Below, piece by piece: positions 10,479-21,126 of a stretch of 64,000 bases of DNA. Positions within the stretch are counted from its first letter, which is position 1. Each line of letters starts with the position of its first letter. The notes below the pieces were generated by a model. It did no database searches. It had not been told where the DNA came from and saw nothing but the letters and a program-made list of their open reading frames with translations. This stretch comes from an uncultured Nitrososphaerota archaeon (GTDB lineage Archaea; Thermoproteota; Nitrososphaeria; Nitrososphaerales; Gagatemarchaeaceae). Location: NCBI GenBank assembly GCA_963718895.1, contig CAVRAG010000007.1:704001-768000 (forward strand), given 5' to 3'. Both the position numbers and the translations under genes were made by a program.

Positions 10479-11788
10479 ATGTCCGCAGGAAGAAAGACCC
10501 TAGGCTACTCGGTCCTGGCCGTCGTAGTAGCAGCGGTCATCATCGTCGGAACGATGACGTACTTTACAAGCCCCCACACCAACAGCTCTTCCCAGAACGC
10601 GGGCCAGTCGGTCCTAGCGATCCAGCTGACCGACCCTCCTCAGTTCCCCCAGGCACGAGTTCGCTCAACCTGACGTACACGTCGGTGAACGTCCTCGTCG
10701 GTGAACCGGCCTCGGGCGGCCAGCTGACGACCACCTCGGTATCCTTGAGCCCCTCCGGAGGCTCCGCCACGGTCGACCTGCTGAAGCTCCAGAATGTGTC
10801 ACAGACCATTGCGTCGACGAGCGTGCCGACCGGCTCGACCGTCTACTCGGTCGGTTTCACGGTCCAGAGCGTCTCCATCAGTATCAACGGCACGGTCTAT
10901 CCCGTGACGCTCGCCGTTGGCGGAGCCGACCTGGGCGTGACCCTGGCGAACCCGACGGCGCTGGTCGCAAACAGCTCAGTCCTCCTGGAGCTCAACCCCG
11001 TGGTCGCAGATACTCCGACCGGCTATCAGATGATACCCTCGATGGTCGGGATCCTCAGGCTGCCCTCAGAATACCAGCAGGGGGACAATGGCGTGGGCAC
11101 ACAACAGCAGGTGGGCCAGGGTGACAACCAGGAGCTTGACCTCGCAGCGGCCCAGATATCCGCGCGACTCGTATCGCTATCCGTCTCCGGAAACACGACG
11201 AACTTGATGGTCCAAGTCAACAACACCGGAGACCTTCCGGTCACCCTGGTCGCGATAGGGGTTCACGGCAATTTCACGTCTCAGGGTGGGTGTCCCGGCA
11301 AGATGGGGCAGGACGGGAATGGCAACGGCAACGGTAATGATAACGGCAAAGGGAGCCGGGGCAAAGGCAATGGCGACTCGGCGCACTCGTGCGGCGCCAG
11401 CCATAACGAGGTTGTGTTTAGCCCGATAGTTCCTGCGGCAGCGAAGTCAAGCACGTCGTCGACCACGACCGCCGCCGGATCGGCCGTGTCCAGCAGCTCC
11501 GGAGCAACGACCTGCTCCTCCGGGAACCTGGCGCTCGCGAGCGGCAACGGAGACGATGAGGAAAGTCAGGGTAGCCTCGTCCTTTCTCCTGGGAAGTGCA
11601 TCGACCTGACCTTCTCAGGTCAGATAACGTTCGGGCAGTCGGCCCCAATCGTCCCCTCAACGCAGGCAGGACAGAGCTACACGGTCCACGTCATCGCCTC
11701 CAATGACGGCGAGATCATGCTGGGCTGCACCCTTCCACTCACGGCGGCCGCGTGTACGGTCGTAACGGGGCAAGGTCACTCCAAGTAG
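10479..11788 (+). CDS. DUF4382-domain secreted/anchored protein (frameshift near 10645)
   Basis: N-terminal TM, then VLAIQLTDPP and TVDLLKL; G/N-rich and S/T-rich segments. Confidence 0.7.
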
Positions 11789-11958
11789 ACTTTCTAGCGC
11801 AGCCCTGTGATGCACGGTTGATGGAAGCATCCTCTGTCTTCCGTCGGTAGGCCGACCCTGTCAACCATGCTCCTTGATCGAGGACGATCTGCTCGGCTGC
11901 CCCATTGGAGCGCCGCGGTTGCCTGAGCGCGCTATCTCTTCAAGGTGTGGGAGACAGT

Positions 11959-12870
11959 CTAGCTGTACTTGTTCTGCCGGAGCCAAGAGTGTATTGCGAG
12001 AGATGCTATCGCTTCCATCGTCGTGCTCCTCTCCTCTGCCGCCCTCTTCAGGCCATCGGCGACGCGGGGATCCAGCACAAGCTCGAGCTTGGTCGCGCGA
12101 AGCGTCTCGGCCTCTTTCTTGATCTCCTCCATCGGCTTCTGCGGGGCCGTGACGAAGCGTTCAACGACCCTCTGGGCCTCGGGCCGAGGGAGCTCTGCGA
12201 TCGCATCAGCCAGGGCTGAAAGCCTCTTTGCGCGCTTCTCTTCAGGGAGCCGCTGGACCATGGGCGCCTCCTCGGCTTTGTGCAGGAACGCGGCATGCTT
12301 GATCGGCAGGACGCCTTCCTTCCTCTCCTCCTTTGTGGGCGATTGCTTGACGGCGATGGACGACCCCTTCGTCGCCCTCCGAATCATCTTGACCGTCTGA
12401 ACCCCGGCGATCCGGTCCTCGACGTACTGCCGCGACTTGCCGAGCACTCTGGCGAGCTGGTCGGTCGTGGAATAGAGGGCGGGATTGAGCCTCTTGAGCT
12501 TCATCAGGGCTTCGTACTCCTCCTCGGGCTCCACATCCCTGCGCTGGATGTTCTCCACCAGCGAGATGATCAGGGCGTCCTCGTCCGCCAACGGCTTCAC
12601 GACTGCGGGGACCTTGTCCATGCCCAGCCGCTTGGCCGCCTCGAACCTCCTGGACCCCACGATCAGCTCGTAGCGACCGTCGACGGGCCTGACCAACAGG
12701 GGCTCGAGTATGCCCTGCTCACCGATCGACTGCATGAGCTCTCCCACCTCACCGGGGCTCCTTCTCACGTTCACCCCGCTGACGAACACCTTCGACGTCT
12801 GTATCTGCAGGAGGACCGGCACCCGCCCCGGGTCCCTGTTCCCGCCGCCTGGAAGGGGCTTTTCGCTCAA
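11959..12870 (-). CDS. ParB/RepB/Spo0J family protein with C-terminal ribbon-helix-helix-like domain
   Basis: SIGEQGILEPLLVR..YELIVGSRRFEAAK, ENIQRRD, HTH (LARVLGKSRQYV), C-terminal LDPRVADGLKRAAEER. Confidence 0.88.
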   Translation of the reverse strand: MSEKPLPGGGNRDPGRVPVLLQIQTSKVFVSGVNVRRSPGEVGELMQSIGEQGILEPLLVRPVDGRYELIVGSRRFEAAKRLGMDKVPAVVKPLADEDALIISLVENIQRRDVEPEEEYEALMKLKRLNPALYSTTDQLARVLGKSRQYVEDRIAGVQTVKMIRRATKGSSIAVKQSPTKEERKEGVLPIKHAAFLHKAEEAPMVQRLPEEKRAKRLSALADAIAELPRPEAQRVVERFVTAPQKPMEEIKKEAETLRATKLELVLDPRVADGLKRAAEERSTTMEAIASLAIHSWLRQNKYS

Positions 12871-12961
12871 GGTTTCATCGACCGTTCGATTCTCGGGGGG
12901 TTAAAAATCATCCTCAGGAGCGAGAGCGGCGTTCAAACAGGGTATCATCGGTGTTACCCAC

Positions 12962-13221
12962 ATGGCGAAGGGGAAGGGCAGGATGGTGAGGACAACGATA
13001 ACCCTCCCCTCTCACTGAAGCAGAGGATGTCAAGCGTCGACGCCAACTGGAGCGAGGCGCTCAGGGAGATGATCACTCAGAGGCTCGAGGAGCAGGAGGG
13101 GCGCCAGCCTGACATGGCGGAGGCGGTGATACTCAACGAGAAGGTCGAGCGCCAGGGTCCGAAGGGATGGAACAGTATCGAGGAGATCAAACTGTGGAGA
13201 GGACAGAGGAAGGGCTTGTAG
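12962..13221 (+). CDS. VapB/CopG-like antitoxin (frameshift near 13010)
   Basis: RTTITLP(fs)SLKQRM...NWSEALREMI...NSIEEIKLWR, typical of archaeal antitoxins; overlaps the PIN remnant. Confidence 0.7.
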
Positions 13222-13400
13222 TCGACTCCTCGGTCGTCACGAAGTGGGTCATGACCGAGGACGGCTCGAAAGAGCGGTCGACGCGAGGAATGGCTTCACA
13301 ACACGGCTGATAGAACTGGCTGTCCGATGCTGCTCTCCTACGAAGTGCTTGACGGATTCGAGAGGCGACCGCATGATTCAATTGATGCGATTCTCGCCCA
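13194..13400 (+). pseudogene. VapC PIN-domain toxin remnant
   Basis: LVVDSSVVTKWV, then CPMLLSYEVL in another frame; interrupted by stops. Confidence 0.65.
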
Positions 13401-13498
13401 ATCAAACATGTGGGGGACGCGTCCACGGTCAACGAATCATGAGAACAGGGCCGGGGCCTAGGTGCTCCTAGAGGATTATATTCCCGAGACGAGGTGAC

Positions 13499-14197
13499 GT
13501 GGGTATGCCGAAGAAGAAGACCTTCGTCCTAGTGCCGGGCGCCTGGCTAGGGTCGTGGGCTTGGCGGCGGGTCGCTCCGCTGCTCGAGCGCGGCGGGAGC
13601 GCGGTCTATCCCCTGACGCTCACTGGGATGGGTGACAGGGTCCATCTAGCGACGCCCCAGGTCGGGCTCGAGACGGCGGTACAGGACGTCATCAACGCCA
13701 TCGTCTACGAGGATCTCGAGGATGTGGTGCTGGCCGGACACAGCTTCGCGGGTAAGGTCGTCGCCGCCGTGGCGGACAGGATGCCGGAGCGCATAGGAAC
13801 CCTGCTCTTCGTGGACGCCTACAGGCCTGCCAACGTGCGGACGCCACAGGGAGACTTCAGCGCAGAGGGTTGGCCGACGCTCGGGGAGCCCTGGAGAATC
13901 CCGCTCACCGAGGAAATCCTTGGAAGCATCGGAAAGGATCTTCAGGGCGCAGACCGGGAATGGATGATGTCCAAGGTCACCCCCTGGCTCATGCGATACG
14001 CGGCCGACCCGGTTACGTTGTCGGGGAAATGTGATTCGGTGAAGAAGGCGTACATCCTTTGCACAGGCGGCGGTGACAACGTGGAGGCAATCCTGAAGGA
14101 GGGGCTGGATGGAGAGCACCGGGTCCTCGAGTCGGGCCACTGGCCGATGATCACGAAGCCAGCTGAGCTGGCGCGGGCGATGCTGGAGCTAGTCTGA
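13499..14197 (+). CDS. Alpha/beta hydrolase (methylesterase-like)
   Basis: VLVPGAWLGSWAW, GHSFAG nucleophile elbow, SGHWPM. Confidence 0.9.
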   Translation: MGMPKKKTFVLVPGAWLGSWAWRRVAPLLERGGSAVYPLTLTGMGDRVHLATPQVGLETAVQDVINAIVYEDLEDVVLAGHSFAGKVVAAVADRMPERIGTLLFVDAYRPANVRTPQGDFSAEGWPTLGEPWRIPLTEEILGSIGKDLQGADREWMMSKVTPWLMRYAADPVTLSGKCDSVKKAYILCTGGGDNVEAILKEGLDGEHRVLESGHWPMITKPAELARAMLELV

Positions 14198-14295
14198 GCT
14201 GGGGCGCGGATCGTCGGCACCTCGCTGGCGTCGCAAGGAAATCCTGCCCGAGTAGCATCGATCCATTCCTGAATACTGGAGACTCCGGAGCATCG

Positions 14296-15216
14296 ATGAC
14301 GACCAAGACCGCAAAGGACGCCACCGCCACACGCTCGAGGCTAGTGGCGTACGGCCTGCTCGTTTCACTGAGTCTCATCTGGGGGTTTGGATTCGTCGCA
14401 ATCCGGGTGGCGGACTTCGGACTCTCGCCCATTTCCCTCGCCCTGCTCAGGTGGCTCATCGCGAGCGCCGGGTTCCTAGTGGTGCTACCATTCACAAAGC
14501 CCAAGGCAAGGTTCGAGAAGCGGGACCTGCCGAGTTTGCTTGTGGTAGCCCTCGCAAACATCGCGGGCTACAACATCTCCCTGAACTACGCCGAGAAATC
14601 TATCTCGTCCGGGCTCGCCGGGATCCTCGTCTCACTTGGTCCGGTGTTCATGGTCCTGCTGTCATCGTTCACGCTGAGGGAGAAGATAGGAAAGAGGCTC
14701 ATCCTAGCTTTGGTCCTGGCGCTGGTCGGCTCCGTCCTTCTTTCCCTGAGCGACATCGGCGTGAACGGCTCGGTAATCTCTGGTTCGGCTGAAGCCGTTC
14801 TCGCCGCGCTCTTCTACGCCGTGTTCACGGTCGCCTCCAAACCGCTCGTGGAAAAATACGGGGCGCTTCGGGTGGTCATCTGGGGGTCGGTTCTCGGGAC
14901 GGCGTTCCTCGTTCCATTCGCGTCGGGCGACTTCGTCGGCCAAGTCTCCAGGCTCTCCTCCGAAGGTTGGTTCGCGCTCCTGTACCTCTCGATCATGAGC
15001 TCCGTCGTCGGGTACTCGGTGTACTACACGATGGTGGGCAGGGGCACCGTCTCATCGCTCTCTGTGCAGCTCTACCTGATTCCAGTAGTCAGCGTAGTCG
15101 GCGGCGTTCTCATACTTCAGGAGCAAGTGACAGCCCTCATCGTGCTGGGCGCCGCCGTGACCCTCCTCGCCATCGCCCTCTCCAGGAAGAATGACCGCGA
15201 CATGCGGAGGTACTGA
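14296..15216 (+). CDS. EamA/DMT family transporter
   Basis: IWGFGF, two EamA repeats, 10 TM, LREK motif. Confidence 0.9.
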   Translation: MTTKTAKDATATRSRLVAYGLLVSLSLIWGFGFVAIRVADFGLSPISLALLRWLIASAGFLVVLPFTKPKARFEKRDLPSLLVVALANIAGYNISLNYAEKSISSGLAGILVSLGPVFMVLLSSFTLREKIGKRLILALVLALVGSVLLSLSDIGVNGSVISGSAEAVLAALFYAVFTVASKPLVEKYGALRVVIWGSVLGTAFLVPFASGDFVGQVSRLSSEGWFALLYLSIMSSVVGYSVYYTMVGRGTVSSLSVQLYLIPVVSVVGGVLILQEQVTALIVLGAAVTLLAIALSRKNDRDMRRY

Positions 15217-15462
15217 AGCTTCCGCTCGACCAGAACTGATCATTTTGGCCGGCTCATCGATTGCAGAAGGAAGGCGATGAAGGCGGCATCGGCTCTCCGC
15301 GCCCCCCTGCTCCTCCCAGGGAAGCCAGGAGCTATTATGACCACGTGCCGGTTGGTGAATACATGGCTGAAATTCTGGAATTGCCGAGACCTTCTGGTCG
15401 AGGGTGACGATTCGCGTCGAATGCCGGATTGGCGTCACCGGCTAGCACGGTCCAAGGAAGGT

Positions 15463-16020
15463 TCAGTAGATCATGAGCTTCTTTTCCTCGAGCATCACGT
15501 GTAGGTTGTTGACGGCCCTGTAGACCTCGCTCTCCCTCTTTGCACCGGTGCAGACTAGCTTCCCGGATGCGAAGAGGAGTATCACGGTCTTTGGGTCAGG
15601 CATCCTGTGGATCAGCCCGGGGAACTGCTCAGGCTCGTACATCGATTTTGGCAGCTGCCTTGCCGCTTCTTCAAGGTGAATCTTCCCTCCGAGGTTTGCC
15701 GATGCCACGATGTTCTGTATCACTATCTCCGCCTCATTCTTGATGGGGATGCCGCCCTTCTTCAACCTCCTGACGACCTCCTGCACGGCCTTTCTCGACT
15801 GTTCCTCCGATTTTGCACCCGTACAGACCATCTTCCCTGAACTGAAGATCAGCGTTGCCGTTTTTGGAGTCTTCAGCCTGAAGACGAGTCCAGGGAACTG
15901 GTCGGGATGGTACTCTACATCGACAAAGTTCTTGGTTATCAGGTTCAAATCCACCCTCTGGTTTATCGAGGCCGAAGCTACGACATTTTCGATGCTTACA
16001 ATCGCTTTTGTTTGGGGCAT
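15463..16020 (-). CDS. tbp: TATA-box-binding protein
   Basis: Two TBP repeats: IENVVAS..Y.P.QFPGL..LIFSSGKMVCTGAK / IQNIVAS..YEPEQFPGL..LLFASGKLVCTGAK. Confidence 0.98.
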   Translation of the reverse strand: MPQTKAIVSIENVVASASINQRVDLNLITKNFVDVEYHPDQFPGLVFRLKTPKTATLIFSSGKMVCTGAKSEEQSRKAVQEVVRRLKKGGIPIKNEAEIVIQNIVASANLGGKIHLEEAARQLPKSMYEPEQFPGLIHRMPDPKTVILLFASGKLVCTGAKRESEVYRAVNNLHVMLEEKKLMIY

Positions 16021-16089
16021 TGAGAAGGATGAAGGTTCCGCTTTATATAGTATATAAAGGAACCCGGCAAGCGCCAGGCCTGCGGCAAA

Positions 16090-16380
16090 TCACCGAATCT
16101 GGCTCTTCTGTGATCCGGAGAGTCTGCTTGGCCTGCCTTCCTGTCTCAGTAGAGCCTCATGCTTCTCACACGGTGAAACACTCTCTGAGGCTGTGAGCCC
16201 GACGCTGAGAGCATAAGACCTGATACAGCCACAGTCGAAATGGTACAGGTGTGACCTTCCCCTGATCTCATCACTGAGTACGCTCTGACCAGCGAGAAGA
16301 AGCTGGGCGTGGATGTAATTGGTGTCTCCTTTCCTGGCTCTCCTCGCCAGCGATAGCTTCCTATCCTGTTGCCATGTCAT
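16090..16380 (-). CDS. Hypothetical protein
   Basis: ORF overlapping the next small ORF; HFDCGC motif. Confidence 0.35.
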   Translation of the reverse strand: MTWQQDRKLSLARRARKGDTNYIHAQLLLAGQSVLSDEIRGRSHLYHFDCGCIRSYALSVGLTASESVSPCEKHEALLRQEGRPSRLSGSQKSQIR

Positions 16381-16558
16381 CTTTCGTCTCCCTCCCCAAC
16401 CAGCCTAATTCCTCGTGAGCTCCACAACGTTCGCATGCTTTGTGCGTCGCGTCTCGCTCTCTTAAATAGGAGGGGGTCCGTGGAACAGCAAGAGTTCCGG
16501 GTCTTGTCATCTTCATCGCCAGAGCCATAACGGGAAGACACTTGAAAATCAACTTCAC
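16361..16558 (-). CDS. Small hypothetical protein with CxxC
   Basis: KACERCG motif; coupled to 16090..16380. Confidence 0.35.
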   Translation of the reverse strand: MKLIFKCLPVMALAMKMTRPGTLAVPRTPSYLRERDATHKACERCGAHEELGWLGRETKDDMATG

Positions 16559-16623
16559 CGAGGATGGAGACAGAACCCTAAACGACGAGTTGGTCTCAAC
16601 CCGAGAAGGGAGCCCGAATTAGC

Positions 16624-16953
16624 TTGCGGGATCCTGAGGCTGTTAGGATTCATCGCACAGGCGCGATAAGGCAACATCTTGGTTCAAGAGGGTACCTGGA
16701 ATTTCTCGATGAAAGATTGGGATTCTCGAATGGAACCCTCTTCAATCTCTGTCTGGCGGCGGCAAAGTCGAAGGGGAGGACCGGGACCAAGAACGGGGTC
16801 AAGGTGACATACCGGGGAGAGAGCGAACGTGAGATGCGAACGACTTCTCATCACACCGCTCCGGTGCACAAGACGATATTCCTGATCGAGTACAGGATCA
16901 TGAAGTCAGGGGAGCCGATGGACCGCGTGATTCAGGTCCATCTGGAAAAGTAG
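16624..16953 (+). CDS. Hypothetical protein
   Basis: 109-aa ORF, no recognised motif. Confidence 0.35.
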   Translation: MRDPEAVRIHRTGAIRQHLGSRGYLEFLDERLGFSNGTLFNLCLAAAKSKGRTGTKNGVKVTYRGESEREMRTTSHHTAPVHKTIFLIEYRIMKSGEPMDRVIQVHLEK

Positions 16954-17000
16954 CGGACTCCGCTGACTCTGACCGTGCCCTGTCCTCCTCTTCGGCCGCA

Positions 17001-17026
17001 CTAGGGAGTAAGCCCCGGGAGCCCTA
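17001..17026. terminator. Hairpin between convergent genes
   Basis: CTAGGG...CCCTAG inverted repeat. Confidence 0.3.
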
Positions 17027-17185
17027 GCTCTTCGATCTGTTGTTCTCTCGCTGTTCGGACTTGTGAAGCCGGTTCAGCTCGGCAATCTTCTCTTTGTACT
17101 CTTTTTTCTTCTTCTTATTTCCCTGCGCTCGCGCTTGGTCGTAGAGCTTCCTCAGGCGCTCTTCTTCTGACGCATGATCGGACAA
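17024..17185 (-). CDS. 53-aa basic/charged small protein (below ORF-track cutoff)
   Basis: TTG start, MSDHASEEERLRKLYDQARAQGNKKKKKEYKEKIAELNRLHK...; AT-rich box about 26 nt upstream. Confidence 0.55.
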   Translation of the reverse strand: MSDHASEEERLRKLYDQARAQGNKKKKKEYKEKIAELNRLHKSEQRENNRSKS

Positions 17186-17450
17186 CTACGCCTGCGAGGG
17201 CATAGCGCCCTAATTATTGCTTTCAACAACGGTTCGCGAGGCCACCCTCTTCCGGAAGTCGACCCCGCCTGTCGCCTTGCATCGTCGTCCTCACATTCCT
17301 CGACGGGTGGGGGACAGACAGGCATCCTAAGCTTGGCCGCGACCTCCTCCGTCTGGTGCTCGTCCCAAGTATGGTCCTCTTGCGATGCGCCCAAGGTTCC
17401 CGATACGCAGTTCGGGGGCCAAACCGCAGCCGGAATGACGCCTCGAAAGG

Positions 17451-18752
17451 CTATCTTCGCGAACGCGAACCTTTCTCTTTCAGTCTGTTGTATGCCTGGT
17501 TGACACGGCGAAGCGTTGAGGCGTCTGTCGTCCCGTTCGCGACTTCCACATAGACCTTCGCGACCTTGTCAGGATTCTGAGGGTCTCTCCGGAGGACCCT
17601 GCCGAGGCGCTGTTCCGTCCTCGTCAGGCTTCCCGTGTTCGCCATGATGATCTCCCTGCTCGCGTTGGGGACGTTGAACCCGACCTCGAGAGTCCCGACC
17701 GACAGGAGGACGTTGTAGTCCCTGCCAAACCCGTCGACGATCTTCTGCCTCTTCGCCCTGTCGTTTAGCTCGTGGGTGATCATCCTGGCGTGTATCCCCT
17801 TCTCCTCCAGCCTGGCCCTGAGAGTCTCGATGCTCTGGATGGAGAGCGAGAAGACGAGGGTCGGGGCGGAGGGGTCGTTCTCGATTATCTCCAGGGTCCT
17901 CTCCAACTTGGGCGCGGTGTTCGACAGCAGCTGGTTGATCTTCTGCTTCACTATGTGCGCGGCGGTCTGGCCGTAGCGGCCCCTCGCCCTGAACGCCATC
18001 CTGCGGGCGTTGTTGTAGGCCGCCATCATCCTGAGATACTCGAGCATCTCGTCCCGGGGCAGGTCGACGTAGACGGGGATTATCTCCGCCTGAGCCAGCA
18101 TGTGTTTGTCCCTCGCCTGGGCTATGGTCGATTCGAAGACCACGGGGAGTGCCTGCGCCAGCTCGGGGTTCTTCCTCGCCGCCTCGGCGAGCGTCCCGGT
18201 CATCCCGAGCACGTAGCGCGTGGCCGCAGTCTTGCCGAGCAGGTCCGCATACCCCTGCACCAGGAATTGCTCTTCGTCGAACACGACCAGGTCGAAGTCC
18301 CTGATGAGCTGCGGATTGGCGCCGAGCGACTGGTACAAGGTGAGGGTTATCGGGTGCTTGGGTGTCTTCAGCTCCGAGTAGTACTGCCCGACGGTCTCAG
18401 AGGGGATTCCTATCTTCTCCATCTCCTTGAGCCAGGGGTTCTGTATCAGGACTATGCGCGGGACCACGATGAGGGTGTTCGGTCTTCCGAGGCGTTCCCA
18501 GATGGCAAGGGCCAGCAGGGTCTTGCCGATGCCCACGGGTGCCACGATGCTCGCGTGCCGGGTCGGAGAAGCGAGAAAATTCTCGATGGCCGTGTTCTGG
18601 ATCTCGTTCATGACCGGGAAGTTCAAGACGCGCTCGGAAGGAGAGGTCAATTCGCCCGACACTTCCCAGCCCAGGAACTCGTTCCCTTTAACTCGTCGAA
18701 CCGGCTCACGCCGGCCCTCTTCATTGGTTACCGTGGTCAGGGAGGGGGGCAA
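17451..18752 (-). CDS. SF2 DEAD/DEAH-box helicase (XPB/ResIII-like)
   Basis: APVGIGKT, FDEEQ, GMTGT, GFNVPNA, QRLGRVLR; start moved to TTG 18752 to avoid overlap with the divergent gene. Confidence 0.88.
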   Translation of the reverse strand: MPPSLTTVTNEEGRREPVRRVKGNEFLGWEVSGELTSPSERVLNFPVMNEIQNTAIENFLASPTRHASIVAPVGIGKTLLALAIWERLGRPNTLIVVPRIVLIQNPWLKEMEKIGIPSETVGQYYSELKTPKHPITLTLYQSLGANPQLIRDFDLVVFDEEQFLVQGYADLLGKTAATRYVLGMTGTLAEAARKNPELAQALPVVFESTIAQARDKHMLAQAEIIPVYVDLPRDEMLEYLRMMAAYNNARRMAFRARGRYGQTAAHIVKQKINQLLSNTAPKLERTLEIIENDPSAPTLVFSLSIQSIETLRARLEEKGIHARMITHELNDRAKRQKIVDGFGRDYNVLLSVGTLEVGFNVPNASREIIMANTGSLTRTEQRLGRVLRRDPQNPDKVAKVYVEVANGTTDASTLRRVNQAYNRLKEKGSRSRR

Positions 18753-18801
18753 GCAAGGAGCTGCAGCACTCGTTAAATAGACATGACGCAACTTCAATCC
18801 C

Positions 18802-19098
18802 ATGAGCACGGCGGACAAGGTAAACAAGAGCGTGAGAGACACGATCAAGAGCGCGGAGGAGTTCATCGAAAGCACTAAGAAGTCTTTGCAGGTGGAACTC
18901 TCCAAGACGACGCCCAAGATAGAGCATTCGTTGGATCAATCGCTGGACCAAGCAGGGCAGGCGCTTACGAAGGCTCTAAAGTCCGTCGAGAAGAAGACGA
19001 GTCGCGAGCAGCTTCAGGTGCTGAACGGATACAGAACATTCCTGCAGGGACAGATCGCGTTCGTCGACGACAGAATCAAGGCGATAAAGAAGAGCTGA
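18802..19098 (+). CDS. Small coiled-coil hypothetical protein
   Basis: Amphipathic 98-aa ORF with TTAAATA upstream. Confidence 0.7.
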   Translation: MSTADKVNKSVRDTIKSAEEFIESTKKSLQVELSKTTPKIEHSLDQSLDQAGQALTKALKSVEKKTSREQLQVLNGYRTFLQGQIAFVDDRIKAIKKS

Positions 19099-19527
19099 CG
19101 CGGTCCGAGCTCTCGCCCACATCCCGGCACTCTAGGCTGCATAGCCTCGATGAGGCCGGTCGGGAGGACCTGGACGAGTTGAAAGCTGCTCCCGCCAGCA
19201 AGTTCCTCCATTCGCCCTCGGTTAGCTCCCGGCCACCTAGTACGACCAAACATGTGAAGGTCGAGGAGCTTCAGCGGGCTAGCCTCTTGGCTCTCGGCGA
19301 CGACGCCTTCGACTGGGAGCGGCAGTTCGATTTCAACCACGGATGCGCTGTTGGCCCTATTGCTGTCGCGCGGGTCATTCTAGTGGCAGATGCCTCGTCC
19401 GGGTGGTTCCGATATCGCTCTGCCAGATGCCGGAGAGGTCCTTCGCGTCCACCGCGCGCAGGCCGGGTCTGACCAATCAGCTCGATGCGACCGAGATGAT
19501 GCACACTGGCACCCCACTGTATTCGAC

Positions 19528-19812
19528 CTAGTCCTCTGAAATAGCAACCAGCCAAACTACGGCAACTGCAAGAAACGCGATTCCCGCGAAGAAAAAACTT
19601 CCCGTGAGGAACCAGACGAGAGCCGCGACAACAATCGCAGGTAACAGAACGACCGCAGCGGCGATGAGTACCGCGATGACCAGGATACCTATCACTAGAA
19701 ATACTATGCCGCCAAAGATGTCGGGCAGACCGCTCAGGATTCCCAAAGAGAGGGATGCATTTGAAAACGAATGAGCCAAACTGAGCGGCAAGACATCCAA
19801 AGGGATCAGCAT
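19528..19812 (-). CDS. Small membrane protein
   Basis: Very hydrophobic ORF. Confidence 0.6.
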   Translation of the reverse strand: MLIPLDVLPLSLAHSFSNASLSLGILSGLPDIFGGIVFLVIGILVIAVLIAAAVVLLPAIVVAALVWFLTGSFFFAGIAFLAVAVVWLVAISED

Positions 19813-20061
19813 GGAACGTCGACCTCGTGACGAGCCCCGATTAAAGAGCGAGACTCTCAACTGTTACCTAGAATTGCAATAGGACATTTCCATCAGATCG
19901 GCGGACCCACTCCCAAATGTCGCCGGGCGGCTTTGGATAACTTCTGCCTCTTCTGTCTCGACATCGAGAAATTCCTTCTCGAACCCTTCTGATATGTTAA
20001 CAGCTCGAGGAGCCCCGAATGCGTTGGCTCATGCGTCTTAGTTGCAGTTTCCTCTTTCGCA

Positions 20062-20220
20062 TCAGTTGCCCTTTTTCTTCTTATGGACAGCGCCAGCGAC
20101 GGTCCTGCCACCCCACGGTCCCTCCTTTCTTGTCACGGCAATATGGATGTATTTTCCACCAGGCATTTTCTTCGTTCTGTAACGAATCACGCCCCTCGCC
20201 TTCTCTTTGCTTGTAGGCAT
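20062..20220 (-). CDS. 52-aa highly basic small protein (below ORF-track cutoff)
   Basis: ATG, GGAGG SD, TTAAG box about 27 nt upstream; MPTSKEKARGVIRYRTKKMPGGKYIHIAVTRKEGPWGGRTVAGAVHKKKKGN. Confidence 0.7.
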   Translation of the reverse strand: MPTSKEKARGVIRYRTKKMPGGKYIHIAVTRKEGPWGGRTVAGAVHKKKKGN

Positions 20221-20307
20221 ACCCCCTCCGAAGCCCGCTACGCTTCTTAAGGACGATAGAACTTTCTTACGAATGATGGGAAGAGCTTGAGGCTTGTTGG
20301 AGATTCG

Positions 20308-21049
20308 CTACTTGGCCTGAGCAGGTTCGGGCACGGGACTCGTATAGAGGAAGATCTTCCCCACCACGCTCTCTCCTTCCCTGGCGGCGAGCCTGGACGA
20401 GGCCACGTTGGATTCGGCTATCTCGTTGATCAGGGTGTGGACCTTCCTCGACTTGAGGTAGATGAGCCGGGCCTGGAAGTTGTCCCTCATTATCCCCATT
20501 CTCCTGAACCTACGGCTCGACGTAGAGGCCGTGCGACCTCGCCACTCCGCCGACGATGCTCATCCAAGCGATGGCTACGATCCTGTTCTCTAGCTTGACG
20601 ACGAAGCACTTGTCGCCGTTCCTGAGGGCGACCCCGACCCACCCCAGGTTGGTCTCGGGCTGCGTGGCGGCCATGAAGTGCTCTATCTCCCCGGCGTTGT
20701 CGTCTATGCTCACCTGATACCTGAACCTGTGCTCCACCTTGGCCTTGTCGACGTCGAGCTTCCAGATGTTCCAGACTTCTTTGGGGAGCTCTGGCATCTC
20801 GAGCTCTGAGAAGATGTAGCTGGAGGGCTTGAGCCGGTAGAAGTGGTCGAAGACCTCCCTCGATTTCGTGAAGATTGTTCCGGTGGCCTCGTACTCGTCG
20901 TAGATGAATAGGCCGTTCACACCTCCAGTGGCGTCTCTGGAGACGAAGACCTCCCCGCCCACTTCCAGCTCCTCCTTGGCCTCATGATGGAGGATCGGGT
21001 CGAAGAAGGAGAGGCCCTTTGGCAGGTCCAGCTCGCCGACCGTTTTCAC
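20308..21049 (-). CDS. GNAT family N-acetyltransferase (frameshift near 20510)
   Basis: HGLYVEP(fs)R.MGI...EIAESNVASSRLA, GNAT motif A/B pattern. Confidence 0.7.
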
Positions 21050-21126
21050 GCTGGATGCGTCGGGCGTTGTCGCTCATCGGCCCCGGTACCTCTCTATCTG
21101 TTCGCTTGCGCACGACATTCCCATGG

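Noticed and set aside
11310-11375. GGCAAC-type short tandem repeats
   Set aside because: They encode a Gly/Asn low-complexity linker within the DUF4382 protein
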